Of a DNA stretch of 58,416 nt, positions 23,420-36,403 are shown in pieces (positions within the stretch are counted from its first letter, which is position 1; each line of letters opens with the position of its first letter). A program made the position numbers and the translations under genes. The notes beneath the pieces are model-generated. The model was not told where the DNA came from. It searched no databases and saw only the letters and a list, made by a program, of their open reading frames with translations. The DNA comes from Chromera velia (Eukaryota). The stretch is taken from NCBI GenBank assembly GCA_018398765.1, contig JAHBMJ010000081.1, forward strand, positions 1-58,416. Reading direction: 5' to 3'.

Positions 23420-23777
23420 CATACAGACAGACTAGTGAGACAGACTATATCGTCTTTTCCTTCCCTTTTTCTCTTTCTTCATTCTTTTCTGTTTTTTTCT
23501 TTCTTCTTTTGGCGCGCTCTTTCAGTGGAAGGGTACCAGAGCTCCAGGCCTTGAGCGTACCCTGGGGCCCTTCCTTTCCCGGACGGACAGACTTAGTCTA
23601 TATGTTTCTTCTTCTTCCTCCTCCTCCTTTTCTTCCCGGACGGACAAACAGACAGACAGACAGACTACATGTTTCTTCTTCTTCTCCCTCCTTTTCTTCA
23701 TGAACACAACAGACAAAAAGAAAGAAAGAACAAAGACAGACAGGCAGAAAGACGGAGACAGACAGAGACAGACAGAC

Positions 23778-23810
<33 letters not shown>

Positions 23811-23885
23811 GACAGACAGAGACAGACAGAGACAGACAGAGACAGACAGAGACAGACAGAGACAGACAGAGACAGACAGACAGAC

Positions 23886-23918
<33 letters not shown>

Positions 23919-24040
23919 GACAGACAGACTGTTTGTTTCTTCTTCTTCTCCCCCCTTTTCTTCATGAACACAACAGACAAAAAGAAAGAAAGCACAAAGA
24001 CAAAAGAACAGCACCAACAATCAAACAGCGTGGGCAGGGC

Positions 24041-24071
<31 letters not shown>

Positions 24072-24205
24072 GACTATATCGTCGTTTCTTTCCCTTTTTC
24101 TTCTTCTTCATTCTCTTCGGCAGACAGACTACATGTTTCTTCTTCTCTCTTCTTTTCTTTATGGATATAACAGGCAAAAAGAAAGAACAAAGAAAGAAGA
24201 ACAGA

Positions 24206-24237
<32 letters not shown>

Positions 24238-24406
24238 GCAGACCGACAGACAGACTATATGGTTTGGTAGACAGACAGGCAGGCAGGCAGGCAGGCAGGC
24301 AGACAGACAGACAGACAGACAGACTGTATGTTTCTTCTTCTCCCTTCGTTTTTTCATGTACACAACTAAGAGACAGACCATATGTTTCTTCTTCTCCCTC
24401 CTTTTC

Positions 24407-24446
<40 letters not shown>

Positions 24447-24528
24447 TATATGTTTCTTCTTCTCCCTTCTTTTCTTCATGAACACAATAGACAAAAAGAA
24501 AGAAAGCAACAAAGACAAAAGAACATCA

Positions 24529-24560
<32 letters not shown>

Positions 24561-24851
24561 TATATGTTTCTTCTTCTCCCTTCTTTTCTTCATGGACACA
24601 ATAGACAGACAGACAGACAGACAGACAGACTATATCGTCTTTTGTTTCCCTTTTTCTCCTTCTTCATTCTCTTCTGTTTCTTTCTTTCTTCTTTGGCGCG
24701 CTCTCTCAGTGGAAGGGTACCAGAGCTCCAGGCCTTAAGCGTACCCTGCGGCCCTTCCTTGCCCAGTGCCGGCTTACGCCTTTGCACTTCCACAGACAGA
24801 CAGACAGACAGACAGACTATATCGTCTTTTCTTTACTTTACTTTTTCGCTC

Positions 24852-24883
<32 letters not shown>

Positions 24884-25330
24884 TATATCGTCTTTGCTTC
24901 ACTTCACTTTTTCCGAATCGCTTCCTTTCTTTCGGACAGACAGGCAGACAGACAGACAGACAAACAGACAAACAGACACACAAACAAGCAGACACAGACA
25001 GACAGACACAGACGAACAAACAGAGCCTTCCTTTCATTCTCTTCTGTTTTCTTCTTTTCTTTTGGCGCGCTCTCAGTGGAAGGGTACCAGACAGACAGAC
25101 AGACAGACAGACAGACTATACCGTCTTTTCTTCACTTCACTTTTTCCGAATCGCTTCCGTTCTCACAGACAGACAGACAGACAGACAGACAGCTAGACAC
25201 ACAGACTGTATGTTTCTTCGTCTTTCTTCTCTTCTTCATGTACACAACAGACAAAAAAAAAGAAAGAACAAAGACAAAAGACAGACAAAGAGACAGACAG
25301 ATAGACAGATAGATAGACATGAAGGGAGGC
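23420..25330. repeat. Composite array of (CAGA)n tracts interleaved with recurring modules
   Basis: GGCGCGCTCT..CAGTGGAAGGGTACCAGA occurs at 23511, 24695 and 25064. GACTATATCGTC occurs about 6 times. TGTTTCTTCTTCTCCC...TTCATG(A/G/T)ACACAA occurs about 6 times. Confidence 0.85.
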
Positions 25331-25843
25331 AGGTACTAGATAGAGAGACAGATACACACACAGGCAGACTAACAAACAGACAAGGAACCAGCTAGCTAGA
25401 CCCGCGAGAGCTTCCACCCGGAGGGACAAAAAATTATCCCTGACATTCTGGGCCTTTCTTCTCTCTTCATGTCGCACGTCCTCGGTGTGACACTCAGGCA
25501 TGCCTTGAGACTCTGGCTTATGGGTCAGCGGTGTCTTGGTGTGGCACAAATTTTGAGGCAAAAGGAGAACACAAACCCTTTGCTCCAAAAGCAGAGCATG
25601 CATTTGAGCTTCTTTGCGTACCTTTTCATGGCAGACTCCGGCAGATAAACAGTAGTTTACACCCAGGGTAACCAGAAGTGAAACAGGACGAAGAACGTTC
25701 TGAAATCAAAAAAGGCGTATATATTAAAACATCGGGCGACACGTACGTTGTAGGATAAATTGGAGAAAAAAACCTTCCAAAAAGGTCAAAAATCGGGTCC
25801 TGGGGCAATCAGCTGGTAGCGTGTGCATGTATTTGAACGTCAA

Positions 25844-26332
25844 TCATGTGTCTGCCTTTTTTGTGATTGCTCCCATGAATAAGCAGGTCGACACCACCGC
25901 CAGGACAAGCAGGCAACAGTCTGTTCCAGGCCCAAGCCAGCCTTTCGTGCCCTCTTCGACAAGTCCGGAGCCTGGCTTTGTGTATTTTGACAACGCCACG
26001 CACTTTACCAGACACACACACGACGCGACCCACCAAGTGACAGCGGCCCCGACATTCCCCGCAACGTAAAAGAATATCAGTCCGAAGGCGCAACAAAAAA
26101 GGCTTGCCCCGAAAAGGCCCAATCTGTACCTTTGCAGCCGTTCGAGTGCTAGAAAGAGCTTTCGCTCCTCTGCAGACATTGAGTTCAGCATCGCCTGCCT
26201 CTCTCTCTGTCTTTGCCATTCCTCCTCCTGCCGTTCGAGATCTTCCCTGAGACTCCGCACAGCTCTCTCTTGCCCAGCCTCGTGCATCCGCCTGTAGTGC
26301 CACCCTTGCGCCTCCGCGTAGCTTTCCGGCAT
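25844..26332 (-). CDS. Small membrane protein (coiled N-terminus, ~3 TM helices)
   Basis: ORF MPESYAEAQGWHY...LREDLERQEEEWQRQRERQ, followed by hydrophobic segments LGLFGASLFCCAFGLIFFYV, AAVTWWVASCVCLV and CCLLVLAVVSTCLFMGAI. The start codon is uncertain. Confidence 0.6.
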   Translation of the reverse strand: MPESYAEAQGWHYRRMHEAGQERAVRSLREDLERQEEEWQRQRERQAMLNSMSAEERKLFLALERLQRYRLGLFGASLFCCAFGLIFFYVAGNVGAAVTWWVASCVCLVKCVALSKYTKPGSGLVEEGTKGWLGPGTDCCLLVLAVVSTCLFMGAITKKADT

Positions 26333-26946
26333 CGCCAATGCTGCCTGGAGTTGTCGCCTCGAAAGCTGAACCAAGGACACAGGTTTGCCAAAATTCGGTA
26401 TGTATGTTTGAACGTGAAGTTATCGATATATACTCATGCCTGGGTAAAGTACATGCAACAGTATTACTCAACAGAAGTAGTAGGTTTGCCGATATCAAGC
26501 TCACATGCAGACAGAGCACTGATCGTGTAGGAGTATATACACATCCATGGGCCGAAGTAGCTCGGTTGGTGCACGGCTAAAAAGGAAAAATCTCGACATG
26601 CAAACAACAGTCAATTGATTGAATCCATGCATGCATGCATGCACTCTTCGCAGGAGCCTGCATGCAGGTGGCGCGCCGCTATCGCGCCGCTACAAACGAA
26701 GGAAGCGCGCGCGCGCATCTCGAGGATATTCGCATTTCAATGACTGACCTTCATTCGCGCATTCTTCAATGAAGAAGAGAGCCTGCATGCATACCGACAA
26801 AAACCGGCCGGGTCAGGCTGCTGTCTTTGTCAAGCAGCCCCAGTTGGCGTGCACTCCTAGGAGAACTCAAGGAGAAAGATCTGTTGATCCGGGCATTTCA
26901 ACCAGCTGATTTTCTAGACGAAAATTCAGTGCATACAGTCGAAGAA

Positions 26947-28904
26947 ATGTCCCAGCAACCGAGCGTCGTGCCGTGCAAGGCAACGATCGTCATAACAGGG
27001 TCCAATGTCGGTCTCGGATTCAACCTTACAAAAAAGATTCTTTCTGAGTACCCTGAATGGCACATCGTCATGGCTTGTCGCTCAGCCAAGAAAGCTGAAG
27101 ACGCCATCGAAGACCTCTCAAAGGAAGGAGAGGGAGACAGTCTGAAGGCCCGACTCACGTACGTGGAACTCGATCTGGCTTCTCTTGAAAGTGTCAGTCA
27201 GCTGTGCTACACAAAGCCCCACCAGAGTCAAGAAAGGCTGGACAAGCATGTGAGAAAACCGCTCGTTCCAATGCAGCGAGATCAAAGCACACTGTGCACG
27301 CATGTGCATCGATTTTCCCTGCAAGTTGCAAGTGCAAATCCAGACATGCACTCTCTGGTAAGGTTTGGACATGTTGTTGATGTAAACTGCATGACCATCC
27401 GTATAAAGACCACACAGATATGCAGAAGCAGACCAGTCCTTCCTTCAACAGCTTCCTTTCTGCTCTGTCCTCTTTGGAACGCCTCAACGGAGACAGCCCT
27501 GTATGAATCTAGGTATGAATGCGAAAGCGACTGGGGGGGTGTATTCTCTTTGTTGCTGCCGGACACTGGGCATGAGAATATTGCTGGCAAAAGAGAACTG
27601 AGAGAGACACATAGAGATAGTGCCGGTCAGGTTGGCACAGCAGAACGATCGATTTTGGCAAATCATCTGTCAGAGATCGATCTCCGCAAAGTCTAACAAA
27701 TTGTTCTTGCAAACACATTGCGGTGGAGTGAGTGCAGAACGGCTGGCACGGCAAAAGAAGGATACATGTGCATGCAGTTATTGACGTAGAGCCGCTTTGT
27801 TTGCGCATGTGCATCCAGGCGAAGGCCTTCCCCAAGAAGCTGCTGGAGACGATGGCTGAGCACGCATTGCCTCCTCTGGCGTGTGTCTGCTGCAATGCGG
27901 GGATTAACGATGTGATGGGTGGAATGAAACTGACGGCAGACGGGTCAGTCAGCCAGATGGATGCAAGCATGCCTCCATGGAAGGAAAGGACTCGTGTGGT
28001 AGCACGCATTCTTTTGACACATCTGGGTGTTTGACATTTTCTTGCTTAGTAGCAGAAGAAGCAAGCAACTTCCATGTGTTGGAGGTTTCCGCATCGATCA
28101 GCATTTTGTGCCCAGCAATGGTCGCTCCACCCTTCTGTCTGTCAAGAGCCCTTCCGTTTGAAGAGTATTTGTGTTCAGACTTTCCGGAGACGGACAGCTA
28201 GCTGCAGTGTGTAGATTGCAATGTCTGGATACCTCTTTTGCAGCATCGAGCAACACTTTCAGGTGAACCACCTAGGCCACTTTGCCCTGACCGTTGACCT
28301 GATTCTCCAGGGAGCCTTGAAGGCCTCCCCTTCTGGAGAGCCCCCCAGGGTGGTCCTCATCTCCAGCGCCACTCATGATCCCAAACAGGGCACACCCGTG
28401 CCCTCTCCTCAATGGACCTCTGCGGTGGAATGGGCAAAGAAACCACCAGCACCTAACCGATGTTACTCGTCCTCCAAACTCTGCAACGTCATGTTCGGGT
28501 ATGCACTTCACAGGAAACTTGTGGAAGCAAAAGAGGCAGGGGGCCCCTCTGTGTACATTGTGGACCCCGGCCTGATGCTGGAGACGGAATTGGCTCGACA
28601 GGCGGGCTTCCTGAAGGGGGTGTTCACTTGGGTTGCTGGGATGATTCCGTCTTTGAGCAGGCACATCTCCTCTGTCGACAGATCCTCTTCCAACATCGCC
28701 CAGGTGTGCTGCAGCTCCTCCTTCAACCTACCCTCAGGATCCTACCTTCACAGGGCCACTCCCACGGAGGCTGCAGAGTCGTCAGAGTTCAGTTATGATC
28801 AGGAGGCGCAGAAGGACCTTTGGGACACCTCCCTGGATTTGGCAGGAATGAGACCGTCGTCTCCTCCAGCAGAGAAAACCCTTGCCTCACTTCTCCTCTG
28901 CTGA
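26947..28904 (+). CDS. Short-chain dehydrogenase/reductase of the POR/retinol dehydrogenase/WWOX-like group
   Basis: Phase-consistent exons 26947-27192, 27819-27943 and 28244-28904. Motifs are TGSNVGLG, MACRS, LDLASLES, CNAG, FQVNHLGHF, ISS and catalytic YSSSK. No targeting leader is visible. Confidence 0.9.
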
Positions 28905-29219
28905 GTGTTTTTTTGTGGCGCATCCGATGGAAGTAGCTTAGAGAGTAGCTTCAAGTTGAAGTTGCTGACGGGAGTCGCTCAGAGAAAGGAGCTGCTGCTA
29001 CTGCTGCCAATGCTGTTGCTGCTCTGCTGGCTTATAGCCTGCCAATATGCCAGCCATTGCAAATTTAAATAGGTACATATGTATGCCGCCTTGGAATGAA
29101 GCAAAGCGTAGAGGCTACAGTAGAGCAAACGACTTTTGAACACATAGAAATTGAGGTTTAAAAAGCGACTTGTGAAACATATACAAACAGATAAAAACTT
29201 GTAAAAAAACTGGTCAGAA

Positions 29220-29625
29220 CTAGGGGTTATTTTTAAATTAAAAAAAAAAAACAAAAAAATTTGGTCATTTTCACTTTTTTGTTTTTTATTTTTTTTCTGA
29301 CGTCAAACTAAAAAACATGTTGTTTAAGTGTTGTTGATGTGTTGCATGAATCAACAAGTGTTGTTTAAGTGTTGTTTCTTTATTACCGGCTTTAACCTCA
29401 TACATCATCATCATCATCATTATAATTATTATTATTATTATTAATCATAAAATAATGATAAACAAATGTTGTTGCACTGTTATACAACTGTTGCTTTTAT
29501 GTTGCAAGGTGTCGCATATGCTTGTCATGTCTTGATGGAGGTCATAATCGAAAAGCAAAAAAAAAAAAATGCCCTGGGGACCGTTTTTTTTTTTGTGTGT
29601 GTTTTTTTTTTTAAATAACCCCTAG
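29220..29625. mobile_element. MITE with CTAGGGGTTATTT TIRs
   Basis: ctaggggttattt...aaataacccctag, flanked by GGTCAGAA (29212-29219) and GGTTAGAA (29626-29633), an 8-bp TSD with one mismatch. Confidence 0.75.
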
Positions 29626-30445
29626 GGTTAGAAACAGGAATTATACTATGTAATGTTCAGATGTCTACACATGTTGTCATATGCTAGGCGTCCTATATAT
29701 ATATATATAGAAAAACAAAGTCAAAGATGTTAATCTTTTTTTGTTTTTCATCTTTTTATTTTAAGTACTAACATGTGTAAATCAAAAACTTGACAAAAAG
29801 TGACACTTTTAAGTGAGTGCATGCCCCTCGATCAGCGTGAAACCTAGCTAACTTCTTGAGATAATTTCTAGGGTAATTTCCGCAAAAAGAAAAAAAATAG
29901 TCTGTGCCACTCGGTAGACTAAATTTGTCTATAGCCTCATAGAAATGGACCATTCTAAAATCACATTATTTTTTTATTTCTTTTCATTCTTTTCGTATTT
30001 TAAAAATGCAACTCTTTGTAAATTATTTTTTAAAAAAGTTTAACACGTTAGTTTGTTTCTAATTTTATGTTAAGTTTAGTTAAGTTATAGTCTGGTTTCT
30101 CCTGAAAATTCAATTTGAATCAAATCTACTAAGACCATAGAGTTTTACATTTTATATTGAGTGTTTATTTTTTTATTTAGGGTGTCCCCGACCTGCTTCG
30201 GCATGCTTTTATCCTCCCTGACGCTCCTTCATCCTTTTCATGATCGTGAACGCTTTTCAACTCAAAAACGAAAAATAAAGCCCGGTTTCATACTTTATAA
30301 CTACTGGCATATCTTGGCCTCTTTTAGCTAGCCTTTCAAGTTTAACAAAAAAACTTGTGTTGCTATGAAAATACAATAAAATACAGTTTTCTGCCACAGT
30401 TTTTATGATTCGTCTTTATGGTTGACTTTGCTTTTTCACACGACG

Positions 30446-31975
30446 TCAGTTGACCACTGCACTACTGCGCGGCAAAAAGTGATCCTCGACGGACCTGAAC
30501 AAGGAGCTGACCACATCATTTTCCAAAAGCATGCCTTTCGGGTCCGTCAGCCGAAGGTCTGCAGAGAGAAACGGAAACTGCAGGACCTCCATCCTGGCCG
30601 CTCTCTCCTCTTTCTGTTCTCTCAAGACTGCTTCTTCTTCAAATTGGCCACTCTCAGGGACCTCCACTGCCAGCCCCACCCGCGTGGTCGGTTCTTCCAT
30701 TTCCCCCCAAAACTCAATCACATCTCCTCTCCCCCTTTCTGATTCTTTGGTCATTTCCACTCCTGCTATCTCGGAAGTCCTTCCAATCGGCCCCTCTCTG
30801 ACAACATACGACGGCAAGTCTCGACCCCTCTGTATTGAGCCTGACTGAGCAACGAGAGATCCCGCTCTGACAACCAGCTCTTCTACCAACGACAAAAGCA
30901 ACCGCGCCCTTCTCTCCTTCTCTCCTTCAACATCTACATCTACCTCTTCCTGAGCACCCTCACGATTGACATGATCTGACAATGTCGCTCCCCCCCCAGA
31001 CGTCAATTCTTCACTTCTCGAAGCATCAAGCGAAGAAAGAGAAATGGAATGAATCAGAGAACTCAAGCAGACCTCAAGAGGATTTTCTATGCTCTTCTTC
31101 TCAGCCCTCGTTCCACCCTCTCCCCTAAGCCCACTCGAAATCTCAAAGTCTACTTCACTTTCAGGTGAATCTTCTACCGCCAAAGTCGAAAGAACCCCTC
31201 CGCCATCCAGATCACCCACGGAATTTGTGCGACAAGAACCAGATCCTATCTCCACCACCCGACACTCCCCCCATGCAGAAGAAGACAACAGCACCTCCCT
31301 CTCCCTCCGAAACGACGACCCCGACCCCCCCCAAGATGCAGATGCAAATTTCAGCACCACCTCCAGATTCCCTCCCAACACATCCCGCATCACATTCTCC
31401 CCCCTCAACACTCCACGGACTCCCGAAGCTCCAAACAAACGCATTACTTTGCGCAAACACAATCCCTGCCTCCTCCTCATTGCAAGCATCACACCCTCAC
31501 ACAGCCTCTCTGACTCACTCCCCTCCCTCTTGCCCCTCAGAGACACTCCAAACAGACGATCCAAACATTTTTCTGCACTCGACGCAGATACAGAGGAAGA
31601 AGAAGAAGAACGCGCCGCCATCTCGTCCTCGACCTCACTGCCCGTCTCTCTAGTCCCCTCCCTGTCCAGTCTCCCTGTCGTTTTGCCGACAGCTGTGATT
31701 TCCTGTCCCATCCCCGTGCCTCCAGCTGCAGTCTCCAAGTCACTCACCCACTGTTTGTAACCTCCCAGAGACCCCGGACGCGAGTGCCTGTGTCCTCCAA
31801 GAAATGATGCCGCGCCCATGCCGAACCCGAGAAATTGGGCCCCCTCCCAGTAGCACCTGCATGCATGCATGCAAGCGCACAGGGAGGAGATCACACTTCA
31901 CGATCAAGAATGGGGAAGCGTAAGAGAAAGAGACACCTCTATCCGCAGAAAAACTCAAAAGCTTTGCAGGCGAGC

Positions 31976-32012
<37 letters not shown>

Positions 32013-34575
32013 AGGTTTCCCTTCCCTTCCCTTCCGTTCCTTTCCTACCTGTTGTGTAATGAATGCGAGAAAGGTGTGCGAAGGGAAAGAGACCCCCTCT
32101 GAGATTTTCCTTGTTGAGTTTGCTCTCCTGTCTCCATCTTCTTCCTCCCAAAATTGGAGATCTCATAGTGGTCGTATCCTGCTGCAGTCAGAACACTGCA
32201 GCCACACGCATAGAGAGAGAGAGAGAGGGNNNNNNNNNNNNNNNNNNNNNNNNNNNNNNNNNNNNNNNNNNNNNNNNNNNNNNNNNNNNNNNNNNNNNNN
32301 NNNNNNNNNNNNNNNNNNNNNNNNNNNNNNNNNNNNNNNNNNNNNNNNNNNNNNNNNNNNNNNNNNNNNNNNNNNNNNNNNNNNNNNNNNNNNNNNNNNN
32401 NNNNNNNNNNNNNNNNNNNNNNNNNNNNNNNNNNNNNNNNNNNNNNNNNNNNNNNNNNNNNNNNNNNNNNNNNNNNNNNNNNNNNNNNNNNNNNNNNNNN
32501 NNNNNNNNNNNNNNNNNNNNNNNNNNNNNNNNNNNNNNNNNNNNNNNNNNNNNNNNGGGGAGGGGGGGAGGGAGGGAGGGAGAGAGAGACTCGATTTGGT
32601 ACATGGGCTTTGTTACCATCTTAATTGAGGACATTCATTGTGGACGGGAATTGAAGGGAGGGGAATTGAAGGGTCGGTCGGTCGGGGGGCGAGAGAGACA
32701 TTTCCTTCTCTCTCTTTTCTGTTTGACTCACTGACTGTACGACTGCTCGTTTTCTTCCTATGAACGGAGCTGAAGAAATGCAAGCGGACCATCGACAGAA
32801 AAGAGACAAGGTCGAAAAGTGCCAAGGGGGGCCCGAAGTAAGACAAACTGTATGAATTCTTTTCTTCTTTTTCCTTTTCAGACAGACATTCTAAAAGAAC
32901 AACTAAAAGAATGAGCGGATTGGTACAGAACGTTTCAAACACCAGCGGCATTAATTCCTTCCGGCAAATGTTGCAGGGAAAGAACGAGAAATGAGAGGTC
33001 AGGGCAAGTTCGACTGACAAGCTCGGATGATCACACAGAACCGTCCTTTCCCACCACTGCTTCTCGAGGCTTTCTTTTCTACCAGCCAGCCAGACAGACA
33101 GACAGACAGACGCACTCACTCACTCCCTCACAGACTGACTTCCTGGCTTCTGTGTACATCTCTGCTGCTTCATCTTCCAGAGGAAGAGGTGCCTTCCCCT
33201 GCCTGAAACCTCTGCGTCCGAAGATCGACCCGTCATCAGGCTCAACCTGAAAGAAAAGAAAAAGAAAATCCAGGGAAGAGAAGAAAAGAGAACATACAGA
33301 CGTACTGACCTCAAAAGGATGAATGCCGCTTCATGCAAGTCAGAACAGATGACCGCATTCAACCGTGCACACGCGACTCTGCTTGCCAACACCTCGTACA
33401 TGCGCAAACAGGTCTCCAGAAAGAGCACAAGAAATAGAGCTCAGGTGGTGTCCCTCTCATCTCACCTGGAGATCATACACCGAGACGTGTGCCGGGTTTG
33501 CCTCCACAGTTTTCTTCAGGGTGTCTCTCCAGACCTCCATCGTCAACCCAGGCAGACCACTGATCAGGTCCAAAGAGAAATTCTCAACACCTGCAGACAG
33601 ACCAAGGGACGGCCAGGTAGATACGCATGCAAACACGCACAGCAATAGGCGCAGAGCAGAATCCAAACCGACACGAGCTGCAGGGCCCATATGCACAGGC
33701 AGAGATCGGGAGGGAGAGGACGGAAAAGGAGACAACAAAAAGCGCACACACAGAGGGGAGAGGGACTACTTTCTCCCTGTTCGAGAAAATCAAATCAGCT
33801 TTTTGAGAAACACCATTCTTGCCTCTCTTCACATCACGTCATTGCCCCCTCATTCTCGCCATGCATCTGTGGGCACTTATCAATCACAAAGCCCCCCTCA
33901 TTGTCTGAATGCATCTGTGGGCACTTATCAATCACAAAGCCCCCCTCATTGTCTGCATGCATCTGTGGGCACTTATCAATCACAAAGCCAGTCAGTCACC
34001 CCTCGGCACTTTCAGAGGAGAAGGACAGATTTGAATCATGAACATATGAAACTTCGTTGATCGATCGACAGATGCACATGCATCACGCACGCACCACGTC
34101 CGTGTTCATCCATTCATCCTGACGCACGCACGCACCTGCCTTCCTGAGAGTCTCGAGGGCTCTGCAGCCGTCCTCCACAGAGTGTGCCCTTCCGGCCTTT
34201 CGGAGGACCTCTGAGTCGAAGGACTGAATGCCCAGCGAGACGCGGTTGATGCCCGCAGAGAGGTAGGCAGAGAGCTTCGACCTGTCGAAAGTGCCGGGAT
34301 CCATCTCCTGAAGTCATTCATTCATGCATGCATGTATTCATTCATTCGTTCATTTATGAAGTCACTGAATAAATTGAGTGTGTTTTTTTACTTTTGTTCA
34401 TGATCTTGTGCTTGGCAGAAACCGTCGGGGCTCCACACTCAGGTGGTGTGGCGAGAGTAGAACACTCATTTTTTTGTTTGGTTTTTCATTCCAATCTTTT
34501 CCGACCGACAGCAGGCCGGCTGGCTGGGGCCTTTCAGTGGGGGGTTTTGTCGAGACATGACCCGAAGGACCGAAT

Positions 34576-34618
<43 letters not shown>

Positions 34619-36403
34619 AAAAAGTAAGGAGAGGCCACAGAAAAGCAATCGGCACACAGGGACTGAGAAGATCAGGCACAGCCTTTTCGCATTCCCGTCA
34701 GTGCACGCACCCCATACACACACGACTAGACAGACGGCAGGTAAAACAGACCGACAGACAGACCATGGTGACTTCCGCCTCCGGCCTCACTTTACCGAAC
34801 ACCTCCTCAATCTCTCGCATCAACTCCTCAATCAGCCAGGGGGGAGTCAACGAAGGAGTGCCACCCCCAAAGTAGACCGAAGCCAACCCAAGAGGATGGG
34901 GGCCTGCCGTCAGGGATGACGAGGACGAGGCCCTAACCAGTGAAGGTTGCCAGAAGCAGTCCGCTGCCACGGATGGCAACTCAGACTCTGGAGTGAGGCG
35001 TGTGTCTCCGTGCTGACGCAGAAGAGACCCTGTCGCTCGGATTTCTCTGCAGCCAGCAAGGAGGACATTGAAGGAGCAGCAGGTGTCTGTCTGAATGGTT
35101 TCATCTGTGTTCGCAAAAAGCGGACGGAGCATTAGTCTCATTGGGCGGATGGAAGTACAAGAAAGCACTTCTTCCTTGGAGACGGCACTACGGAGATTTG
35201 CTGGAGACGGACACACTCTAATAGCTCCAGGCTGATTCGAGGATGGGTCATGCAAGAGAAATGAAGGCCCTTTTATGGATGCCCGATTGCAGACAAGACA
35301 AACTAACAAGGCACTCTGAATTAAGTCCAACACACATGCATGCCCTGTCATGACAGTCCCAGGTCTTCCCATGTACCCCCCCTCAGTCACAAGGACGATT
35401 GAAAGAAAAAAGCACCCCCCCGGGCCCCCCTCTCTGGATCTCTCTCACCTTCGCAGAAGAGAGCAGTACTCCTCTGAGGCCGTCTCTTGGGCCTTCTGCC
35501 CGTCCCCCACGACTTTGATGCTGCAGGTGGAAGAGGGAGAGCAGGTGGAAGAGGGAGACCAGGGACAGAGGGGAGACGAAAAAAAGCAGTGACCACGAGG
35601 AAGGAAGGAAGGAAGAATATGAAACGCGAAGAAGAAGCAGGGGGGAGGAAACAGCAGATGAGAAGCGGTACTCCCCACTTCCGGATGCATGGGTATGGAG
35701 GGAGGCAGCCCCCGCCCTGTGTGGGAAAAGGCAGACAGAAAGAAGGGGGGTATGGGCTGATATTGAGGTCGTGGGACCAGGGGGAAATCTTGAGGTCGGG
35801 GCTGTCGTCTCTGTGTCTTCCTTGCAAGTACAATCCGTTTCGCATCTCTGCTGAGTACTGTTTGTCTCCTGTGTGCTCCTTTTTCGGTATGCGATAAGTT
35901 GAATCTATTACTCCTGACCTGAAGGAACAGTAGAAGCACCTGCACACAAAGGAGACGGGGGAGAGCAGACGTACAGATTGAGCGCATTGGAGTACCTCAA
36001 AAGGAGACGGCGTCTCTCATTTTACGAGACGGCAGTAAGAAGATGCTGGAAGAAAGAAGACGGAAGGTGCTGACCGTCGCCGACAGAAGGGCAGGTGTAC
36101 GTACACTGCTCTTGGCCAAATGTACGCTGGGGGTAGCTGAGCAGAGGCGAATGGTCGCTCTGCCACTCTCGCGCATCTCCTTCTGTTTGGGTACGCACCG
36201 TGGGCTCTTCTACACGTCAGGAGTCTTCGAGATGTCCTCATATGCTTTGGGTTTGGCTTTTTCCTCCAGTGCTTCGATTTTTCAAGATGCGCATTGGAGA
36301 GGGAGCAGATGACGGAGAAAACGGTCAAAAGAAAGACAGGCCAAAGGGAGGGGACGCAGAAAAGAAAGGAGCAGACCGGGAGACGGGAGTGCAATGGCCT
36401 CAT
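30446..36403 (-). CDS. Radical SAM HemN/HemW-family protein (heme chaperone HemW/RSAD1-like)
   Basis: Spliced motifs in order: AVYVHLPFCRRR|CFYCSF (CxxxCxxC), SVYFGGGTPS, EMDPGT, GINRVSLGIQSFD, GRAH, FSLDLISGLPG, HVSVYDLQ, GYDHYEISNF, YWEGAQFLGFGMGAASF and LRLTDPKGMLLEN. The N-terminus is hydrophobic and signal-like. Confidence 0.9.
33861..33989. repeat. Intronic 48-nt minisatellite, ~2.7 copies
   Basis: Unit atgcatctgtgggcacttatcaatcacaaagcccccctcattgtctg(a/c) starts at 33861, 33909 and 33957. Confidence 0.9.

Noticed and set aside
23522..25395. Long QTDR/SVCL ORFs
   Set aside because: They are stop-free readings of (CAGA)n microsatellite.
26550..26578. tRNA-like 5' start GCCGAAGTAGCTCGGTTGGT
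   Set aside because: No anticodon arm, T-loop (GTTCRA) or 3' acceptor strand follows.
26947..28904. Bona fide light-dependent protochlorophyllide reductase
   Set aside because: It has no plastid leader, and its catalytic motif is YSSSK rather than the typical POR YKDSK. Kept as a generic SDR.
31089..31760. 223-aa plus-strand ORF
   Set aside because: It is an antisense shadow of the HemW-like terminal exon.
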